NCBI GenBank assembly: GCA_964016885.1
Contig: OZ024745.1
Location: 122,388,001 to 122,452,000 of the forward strand
Reading direction: 5' to 3'
DNA length: 64,000 nucleotides
Source of the DNA: Eledone cirrhosa
Taxonomy: Eukaryota
The notes beneath the pieces are model-generated. The model searched no databases, was not told where the DNA came from, and saw only the letters and a program-made list of their open reading frames with translations. Positions 51,495 to 62,300 of this stretch are shown in pieces. Both the position numbers and the translations under genes were made by a program. Positions within the stretch are counted from its first letter, which is position 1. Each line of letters begins with the position of its first letter.

Positions 51495-54400
51495 TTTAAC
51501 CTCTACTTTGGATATCTTTATGAAACCAATAAACAATCCAACTATAAGTCATGTCTGAGGTTTTTTTAAATATTTATTTTCTCTTTCTTTTATTTTTTTA
51601 TTTTCAAGCACTGATCTTTCTATTTTTGTTCACATTAACTGTTGTGTGTGGTTGAAGCAGAACTGCTGGTTGTAGAAACTAATCCTGAAGAAATTCAACT
51701 CCATAACTGAACTGATTTCATTACTGATGTTTTTTTTGTAAAAATATGAGAAATTGTAAACATTTCATTAAATTAATTGTGACAATATTGTTGTCTGATT
51801 ACTTTCAATGTTTCTGATGAATCTTAAAAGAAATTAATTATTGCTTTGCATATTTAAACAATATACAAAGTTTTCACTTTAGCATTTAAACTGGCCAGAA
51901 TTCTTTCACCTCTTTCTGCTCAATCTGGCAGTAACTGGCCACTCATCCTGATGTTAAGGTATTGTTCTGAAAATAAATAATATCAAAATCTCATAGATTT
52001 GATATTATGTGAGGTAAAGCCTTTACCGTGAAAATATAATAGTATATATAAAGGTTCAAAGTCAGTAAGTTTATAAGTCATTTCAGTTATGGAGTTTCTC
52101 AATTTGTGGAATAATGTCAGCTGAATAAGGATTGCCAAGCTTACTCAGCAAGGAAGCAATCCATTATTTGATGCTACCATTTGGGGTTTTGCAGTTTTAT
52201 ACTAACAAATTGGTTTATTGGTGAATTCTTATTTGAATTTTATTATTTAATTTATTAACCCTTTAGCATTTAAACCAGCTGTATCCGACCAGAATTCTCT
52301 CACCTCTTTCTGTTCAAACCGGCTGTAACCAGCCTCTCATACTGATTACTGATGTTAAGGTATTGTTCTCAAAATAAATATCATCAAAATCTCATAGATT
52401 CGATATTATGTGAGATAATTATGTGAGTTAAAGCTTTACTGTCAAAATATAATAGTAAATATAGAGTAATATAAATGCTAAAGGGTTAATGTAAAGAATA
52501 AACTAATTATAAACACCACTAATCTGTTTTCTAAACCCTATAGAAATATTAAAACATTGTAATATTCATATTTTTAGTAGTTTTGCAATAAATTATATAA
52601 TTAAAATAACTTTGATTCAGCACGTAAAATATTTCTTGTTAAATGTAAATTTCCTAAAATTAATGCTAATCTACTAGCTAACATTATATATACATTCGGA
52701 TAGTGACTTCAAATGTTGCACCAAATATGTTTGAGGTGTCTGAAAAGGTTATCCATTTTCATATCTTTCTATTGTATTGTTTTGTATTTCACCAAATAGT
52801 CACAAGTCTTGTTTCTACACTCTCTTCTCTCTCTTGATTTTCTCATATTTTTCTAAACAACTTTTCTTTTCACACTAAGCATGCATGGTTTTTTTTTCCA
52901 CATATCTTATCTGCTGGAACGGACATCTCTTCTTTGCCTTTCTTTGCCCTCCTAAACTTCAGCTGTACATTAATAAGCTCCTTATAGATTATATTATACA
53001 TAGGCGTTATTGTTGAGGCCTTATTGAATGGTGGTGGATTGGCAGTATTGGTAGAGCATCAGAGACCATGCTTGGCAGTATAGAGTTATGGCCCTTTACG
53101 TTCTGAGCTCAAATCCCGCCGAGGTTAACTTTACCTTTCATCCTTACGGCGTCGATAAAATAAAGTACCAGTAATATACTGGGATATTTGCTGGCCTTGT
53201 GCCAAAAGTAGAAACAATTATTGTGTGGGCTTATCTTCTTTTCTTAGACATTACAATATTACAAACCAGAGATTTCTCTTAAATTATAACTCTGTCCTTG
53301 TGAATGGTTAGTGGTTAGGGAGTTGCGATGATGAGGTTGTAAGTGCAATTCCTGGACTGGGTGTTACGTTATGTCCTCCAGCAAGATACTTTACTTTACA
53401 TTGCTCCTTCTGCCAGGAGTTGCGACCAGTAGATACTATCAGCAATGGAAAGACCAATGGAAACATTGTTTCCTTGGTCCAATTTGATGAGTACTGCCCG
53501 CTCAGAAAGTGAATGAGGTCTGGGGTCTTGTTGTCCTATAACTCTGTCCAAAATTTAAGCAAACTTAATTATTAACTCTGATCAACATATTCTAATATTT
53601 AAAACAGCTTGTGTTTATTCAACTAATTTAAAAATAAATCTTCATTTATTATACTTAGATTTAAATTGAAGTTTACCATTTAGATTACAGGTTGGGGTGT
53701 AAAGTCTGTCCCTCCCCCACTCCCTTTCGTTGCTTAATTCTTTTTTCTTTTTCTCCTTTTCCGTTCTGATTTTTTTTTTTTTGTTTTTTTTTTGTTTCCT
53801 TATTGTTATGTATATTGAACAGTTTTTATCACGTTTAATTTAATTGAAATATATTGTAATAGATTAAGTTGGCATTACAAAAGGTGAAGGCTGGAATTTA
53901 AATTATGGTCTAGTGAAATATTAAGTATCTAGAAAATTAAAAAAAGATAAAAAGTATTTTTTAAAGTGTCACTAGTCCTTTATAGTATCTAAATAAAATT
54001 TAACCCTTTAACATTTAAACTGGCCGTTACTGGCCAGAATTCTCTCACCCCTTTTTGTTCAAACCACCTGTAACTGGCCACTCATACTGATGTTAAGGTA
54101 TTGTTCTCAAAATAAATAACATTAAAATCTCATAGATTCCATATTATGAGGTAAAACCTTTACCATGAAAATATAATAGTAAATACAGAGTAATGTAAAT
54201 AGTAAAGGGTTAAAGATGTAATTAATGGAGAGTTGGGATTCTTTTGATAAAATTTCATTTATAAGATAAAAAGTGGCGAGAATATTTGGATTTTTTTTTT
54301 TTTCAAATTTGTCAATAAATATTTATACGTACCGTTGTGGAATTATTAGGAATGTGAGTATTTGACAAAACAAACCTTATCAATTGTCAACTTACCACAG

Positions 54401-56312
54401 CCATTGATGTTTATCTTTACACTGTAGTCATTATTGTTTACTTCATTCAGATATGGAAAATACAGAGTGATAATTATTTTTAGAAATGCCTCATTGAATA
54501 GTAAGAAATTAAGGAGTTATTTAAACATGATATAACTCTCACAGAATTCTTGTTTTCAGTGTCTGTAAAGATAATAACATCAACAATAACTATAATATTG
54601 CTTTAATACTACATAACTTAAGAAAATGTTTGTAAAAATATTGAGAAATTTAAAAGAATATTAGTTATATTTAGAACTAACTTTTAGAACTAAAAAAGAT
54701 ATGCAAGGATTTATCATTATAAAAAAATATTTTTCTCTATTCTAAAAGATTAAAAAAAGAATTCTTTATAGAATCTATTTAAACTGGAAAGAAAGAAATA
54801 TCCTTGCAATACACGCCAACGTTTATTGAAATGTCTTGTACTTTTACTTCTTTTTAAAATGACTCTTATTTAGATCCTAGTCAGAAACGTCCACATTCTT
54901 ATGTCAACCAAGAGGGTCGTAGTGCCAGCATGTTTAATTTACATGAAAGTGATAGTACTGGTTCTAAGGTAAGAATCTTTTTTAACAGTTTGCACTTTTT
55001 ATCTTTCACCCTTTTGATATTAAACCACTCTGGCTCTGATAGAAAGCTGTTTGTTTTAACTCTTAATGTCCTGTACCACACAAAACTGCATTAGCAAGAC
55101 TTTTTTTTTTTAAATACAAAAGTGAAGTCTTTACTTTAATACTACAAATTGTCACAACAGTCTTTCCCCAAGTAAAGATACTGCAAACATTTGAATTAAC
55201 TCATTTTTAGACAATTTTCTGCTAAATCATTACAGGATGTTGAGTTAAGGTTTTATATTTATTCAAAAACATTTATAAGTTGACTTAGCCCTGCACTACC
55301 AGCAGTTTCATGACAAAAACATATCTAAATCAGCAGGTGCATTTGAGAAAAGTAAAACAAGTTGGGAAAGGGAGTTTGGAACCATGCTGCTAAACACTTT
55401 CCTTGGTTGGTTCAGGTCATGTTAATGAGTCTAAGTATTTATATATAAATTTTTGTAATTATAGTTTATGAAATTCCAGAAGTTTTTCCTGGAGTCCACA
55501 CACACATGCATGCAGTTTCCATCAATCAGATTTCACTCACAAGGCTTTGGTCAAGCCAAAACGGTAGTGGAAGACATTTACCCAAGGTGTTGGGCAGTGG
55601 GATTGAAGCTGAAACCACATGACTGCACCTGTTTGATTTTTAAAATACTAAGACTTTTTCAACATGATGACACGTATGTGTGTATATGCATATGCATACA
55701 TTTATATGTATGAGTATATAAATATAAACATGCCAACACAAATACACTTACAAAAATATACACTCAGACATACATTCACACAAACACATACATACATTCA
55801 CACAAACCAACATACATACACACAAACACACACACATACATTCACACAAACACACATACATTCACACAAACACATACACGAGCATTTTTAAATCCTCGTA
55901 TTTTATGATATTTATTTCTATTGATCTTTTTTTGTTTTTGTTTTTTCGTTTCTTAGGACTCTTTGAAAATGAACAATCGGAAAAGCACAGGTTATATTCA
56001 AAGTATTATTACTAAACATCCATGTCGTGAAAGTACAGATACGACGAACCAAACTGTTAATTTAGCAGGTATGGCCTTACTTGGCTGTGTTGATGGACCA
56101 CCTGTCCCTTCAAATCCAGATACCTCATCTATTCTGACACCCCCACCACATACTTTGGATCAGAATACAACACAAGTTTATCACTTTCTCCACAGTTTCC
56201 TTGTGAGTAGAACATTCATTTAATATTATTTTTAAAAATTTGATTAACTAAATTTATGTGTGTGTTTATTAAGAATGGAAGACTTTTTGTACCTCTGTTT
56301 GTTGTCTCCTTG

Positions 56313-56373
<61 letters not shown>

Positions 56374-59300
56374 AAAGAGGTAGTGGTAAGATACCAGGTG
56401 GACCAAAACGCACCAGAGTACTCGATATTTGGGGTAGTAGAGTGGGTAATATGAAGAGATTCGGGACCCCGATGGCTGAGCTCCGGCCATTTCGACAGCT
56501 AGATCCAAACTCGAATCTAGCTTTCGAAACGGAGCTCAGCCGTCGGGGTTCTGAATCTCTTCACATATATATATAACAATAGAAGTTAGAAATATCGAAG
56601 TTGCGACGGTTGGCCAGCATCCGCGAAAAAACAATTCGGAGCTTGCACGAAGCACTCAATAGAGGGTATCGATAAATTACATCTTAGAGTAATAAACATA
56701 CGTTAAATAGCGTGACAAATTGAAAACTGTGGTTAAGGAGACAAAGCCACCACAACAACGAAAATACAATCAGGTTAAATTTATATATATATAATTAATA
56801 AGTATGGACAAGATGTCAAATTTTTATTAAGTTTATTCAGTTGTGACACATGTTTCGTGATTGATCAGCTCAAGGTTCGATCTCTATTGATCAGGCCTGA
56901 TGCTGTAATCAAAAGCTCATCAGACTTCTGTTTGCTTAATGATGGAATGTGTTCCATACATTAAAAAAATATATATATCTGTTTTCATTCATTTGGAGTG
57001 GTCAGTTGTTCTTTGTTTTGAGAAGAAGAAAATATGTGAAGAGAGGGGAAGGGAAGATATAGAAAGGGATTGTGAATATGAATGAATGTTGATGGGGTAC
57101 ATCCAATGGGAAAGGTGGGGATGGAGTGAAGTATTGACCTGTTTAATAGTGGGCAGATTGGTGTATATGGGGTGATATGAAGGGGTGGATAGGTAGTATA
57201 AAGAATGTCCTGTATTAAAACAACCAATTTGGTATCAAAAGGGTTAAAATATTGAACTGTAGAAAACCAATATTGATTTAATTGAGAAATTGTCTTCATT
57301 TACTAATTAAATGTCTGATGAAGAATGAAATATTCATATACTCTTGTTTTTCTTTCACAGCAATTATCTAGTCAACAAAATACTACAATTGAAGAGTACG
57401 TATTCCATTCCTTTCATTCTTTTATTCAGTACTATCTAAATCAGGCATGGGCAACCTTTTTCGAGAAGCGGGCTACATGAGATATGGCTCATCATCAGGT
57501 GGGCCGCAAGCGCTAATTTACATTAATTTTGTGCCCACATTAAAAAAAAAGGGTGGTAACTCAGGTTGTTTTGATTTGTTTCTTCAGAATTCATACACGT
57601 TGTTTTCCTTGATCATAAAAATGATAGAAAGATAACTTATGACAAACTGAAAAGTTGGGGTAAAAAAAATCAGAAAGATTTCACTTAGGTGACTTAGGTG
57701 AGCCATTCAGAAAGCTTTGTGGGCCGCAGGTTGCCCATCACTGATCTAAATTAATCTCTTGTGCTTTAGAATTAATACTTTTCCATAGTGGCAAATCGTC
57801 AGTCATTAGAATCATCATCATCATCATCCCTTTTTCCATGCTCCTCGCATGGTTTCAACAAGTTGTCCCGTTGTGAGATAAATCAGATTCGATGACCATG
57901 TCTTGCTCATACAGAACTGTTTCTGGCTTGGTTTCTACGGCTAAATGCCCTTCCTAACAGTAAACCACATTTACAGTGCGGACTGGGTGCTTTTTATCAT
58001 GGCACCAAGACGACTACTTTATAGTGTGAACTGGGCACTTTTTATCGTGTCACCTACACAACTACTTTACATGTGTACTGGAGGATGGAGTGGGGGAGGT
58101 GTGTGTATGTAGCGTGAAAATTGGAAAAGTAGGTCTAGGGTGGGCACTTTAGCTAGTGAAGGGTGTGGTTTTAGGATGTGGGGAAATGTGTGAAGGTGGG
58201 GGGGGGGCATACTAGATGTATGCTTCAACCCATGCACCTAGTAAGACAGGTTTTCTGCATAATACCACGGATCTCGATCCTGTATCATCGCCTTTGAGAG
58301 GTGCAATTGTGCAAGGTCAGGTTTTATCAGCTTATCCCAGGTCTTCCTACTGCATAGCTTCCATCAACTTTGATCGCCCTGCACCTTTTTATACAGCTGT
58401 CATCCTTCATACACATCACATGTCCATACCAATGCAATCTCCTCTCCTGTACACTGCATATAATCCCATTTTTATCCCTTAGGTTATCAAATAGGCACTG
58501 TAACTAATAGTGTGTTGAGGAAAAAACTGAAATATTATATATCTGAGGGACTGTAATCTCTCACAGTGACGCCATTTCTTTCAAATCAAAATCTTACATA
58601 TTTTCCTCCTTTTCATTTTCTGTTTTCTTCCTCCACTATATTTTGGGCTATTACTCTTGAAGCAATATTTGTTTTTTAATGTATTCTGGTTCTTAACAAT
58701 AAATATAAGTATCATCATCATCACCATCATTATTGTTGTCTAATCTGTTGACAGATTGTCCCAGACTGGTCCGTACTCGAGTGAGCTACTGATCTCTCAG
58801 ATGGGCTAGAGGCCTGAATCTCAGTAACATATAATCCCATGCTCTACCAATTTCAACTAGGGATGTTATCATGTCTTTGGCATGGCTGAAGTGTCTCCCA
58901 ACCCTTTGTCTATACAATTATTAATTTATTATAGTATTCTAAAATATTAAGACACACCTTTTCATTATGAGTGAGTAGTTCATTCCCCAATATTTACTGC
59001 CCATCTTTGTTCACCTTCTGGACGCTCTAGGCACATGAAGTCACTGATAGAATAATCTCTCCTTAATACATAATGCAGTGTCAAGGGAAGCAATACACAC
59101 AAATTTCTAGCATGTTAACCCTTTAGTATTCACAATCCCGCCGAGGTTGACTTTGCCTTTCATCCTTACGGGGTCGATAAAATAAAGTACCAGTAATGCA
59201 CTGGGTAATTGCTGGCCTTGTGCCTAAAGTAGAAACAATTACTCTATATATACTATTATATTTTCATGGTAAAGTCATTATCTCACATTATCTCACATAA

Positions 59301-62300
59301 TATCGAATCTATAAGATTTTGAAAGTATTTATTTTGAGAACAATACCAGAAAGAGGTAGAGAATTCTGGCCAGTTTGAACATTAAAGGGTTAAAGGTTAA
59401 CAACAACCATTTATATGTTGTTTTTCTTTTCAGTTTGAGGTTGCAGTTGGTTGAATCGAAAGAAATGATTTGTAAGATAAATGCTGAAAAATCAGAGATA
59501 AACAAACATTCCCAGTTAGAGGGCTTGCGCAACCTTAAGGTAATATATACATATGTTATATATGTAAATATATCATCATCACCATCGATTTACAGCTATT
59601 GTTCCATGCTTGTATCTGTTGGAGAAGTCCTTCTTAGTACAGCATATCTTGTTATATATTTGAAATATGCCAATTATTATCAAAGTTACTTTAGGTTATC
59701 TCTGTCTTTCTTATTCTATTTCAACCTTGCAACACACCTCCTCTTCCACCTCCACCTTCTCAACAACTGCAATGCTTCACATTCCCCTCATCTCTAATTC
59801 CCCCCCCCCCCCCCCAAAAAAAAAAAACCCACTTAATTTTTAGCTTCCATTAACACCAGTTTACATTATATTTTGGTGAACTATTTAACAGCAAGGCTAT
59901 TAAATAGTTCATGCTGTCACTTATCAGTTTATATAGTTGTTAGTCAAGTAAGATAATTGATCAATTGATCATAAGGTCGTGGTTTCAATTACTGGACTGG
60001 TCAGTGCATTGTGTTCTTCAACAAGACAATTCATTTCACATTGCTCCAGTCCACTCAGCTGGAAAAAAAATGTGTGTTACCAAGGATCAAGACTTCGTTC
60101 TCTCACAATTCAAATGTCCTGCTTAGTCAGAGTTGATAAATAAGATACCAGTCCTATACAAAGGTTGAGTCCTCTCTCTCTCTCAATTTAAAGTTATCAG
60201 AGGGTCCAATTTTCTCTTTTCCTCAATATCTCACTCTCTCTAGATTGTACATATAATTTGAAGGTCTGCCCTTATCAGTGTGTCATGCTGGTTTGTTATG
60301 GCCACATGTTTTGGTGGAATATTCAGTTACTTTCAGTTAATAGGTATCCAGTTCTTCACAGGTTTGAGAGAGTACAGACTAGCATAAGTAAGACCACCAA
60401 AACTGCAATATGATGAGAGGTATGGAAAAGAACCATACTGCATTGTTTTTCACACAGGTTAACAAGGGACATTATAGGCTTCAGGTAGAGGAATGGGTTC
60501 AAAAAATTATTGCAGTCTCCATTTCATGTTACAAAAACTGGTGATAGGCTTGTGACCTGTCCTGGAAGGTGTGGGAGGGATGCACTAAGATTGCATATCC
60601 TGAGACCTTAAAGAGAATGTGGAGGAAAGCAAACCTTGACAATTGAAACCTGGAACATCACAACCCTTACAGCTAGTGGAGGAGGCTAGATATAGTACCG
60701 TGGCTCTGATACTGTAGATTTGGATGGAGGATGGAAACTCCACTATTGACGTGTGGTGCCAGAAATGACTGCACAGGTGGGAGTAGGGATATTCACAAGC
60801 CCCTGACTGTTAGCATGTGTTATGGACTGGATCCCATTAGGAGGGAGGGTTTGCCTCTTGAAGCTTAGACTGAGCAGACAACTGTTCACCATCTAGTTAT
60901 CTGCAACTTGAGACTACATATAGCCAAAGAAGCCCACAAAACTGGCAGGTCCAAGGTGACTTACAGGATTAAGTGGGACATGTTGGTGAATAAGGAAGTA
61001 AGGACCAGGTATGGAGATACTATTGCATCTAAATTCAGAGAACTCCCTGAGGATATTGAGACAGAGTGGAGATTGTTCAGCTCTTTGGTTTTTGCTGCGA
61101 GCAAAAGAAGTTTGGTGTGGTGCTGGATGGCAGAAGGACAACTTGGTTCAGTCAAGTAGCCAAAGATACCATCCAAGCAAAGGAGGCCTAAAAAGCTTAG
61201 CTTGGCTTGGAAATAAGTCCTCCTCCTTGCACTTGCGGTACAAGCAGGCATGAAGAATCACAGCAGAGACAGTTAAGGTGTCTAAAGTTAAGACATGGCA
61301 GGACTTTGGGGTTAAACTGGAATCTGACTTCAGATCAGCATATAGTGTTCTGGCAGACTGTCTGACTTCATAAGAAGCCCTCCTCCACACCTGCTATCAG
61401 GAATGCATCTCCTCCACCTCAGAGAGGTGGAGAGAATACTTTGCTGATCTCCTAAACCCGATCACAACAGCATCTGGGAGTAGTGACTAATCTCTGAGAG
61501 GCTGAGGTCACATGAGGCAAGGCCGCTGGAGAAGATGAAATCCAGCCCGAGATGTTAAAAACCTTAAATACAGAAGGTATTCTCTGGCTGACTCGTGTGT
61601 ACCAGGTGGCCTGGATCTCTGGAAAGGCACCTATGCAATGGCAATCGGGAGTGATAATCCCAATTTTTAAAAAGGGAGACAAGAGAGATTGTTGCATTTA
61701 CAGAGGGATCTCCTTGTTAATCCTTCCTGGTAAAGTCTTTGCTAAGAGATCTAAAGTAATGTAAGGAGAGTGTCGAGTCCAAGCTAGCTGATGAACAGTG
61801 CAATTTTCACCCTGGACGCAGCACAGCCGACCAAATATTCTTTGAAAAATCATGGAGTATTGCCAAGAAATATATTCTTGTTTTGTGGACCTCAAAAGGC
61901 ATATGATCACGTTCCACAGGACTTGTTGTGGAGGGTTCTGCAGGAGTATGGGATCGATTGTCAGCTTCTTATTGCCCTATGTCTATACAAATGCCCGAGT
62001 ATTTGTATTTGGATAAATGGTGCTAAATTGAAGCCATTCAACGTGTGAGTCAGACTTTGTCACCCCCCTCCTGTTCATTATGTTCATACGCCGCGGAGGT
62101 TGATAAAATAAAGTACCAGTAATACACTGGGGTTGACTTCATCAGCTTTCCCCTCCCCTAAAATTGCTGGCCTTGTGCCTAAATCAGAAACCGTCATTAT
62201 TATTATTATTATTTCAAATCCTGCTGAGGTTAGCTTTGGCTTTCATCCTTACAGGGTTGATAAAATAAAGTACCAGTCACACACTGGGGTTGATTTCGAC

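Noticed and set aside
56060-56075. Strong internal donor gcag|gtatgg within exon 55957-56202
   Set aside because: Phase 1 would frameshift the next exon; the downstream gtgagt donor keeps the frame and the family motif
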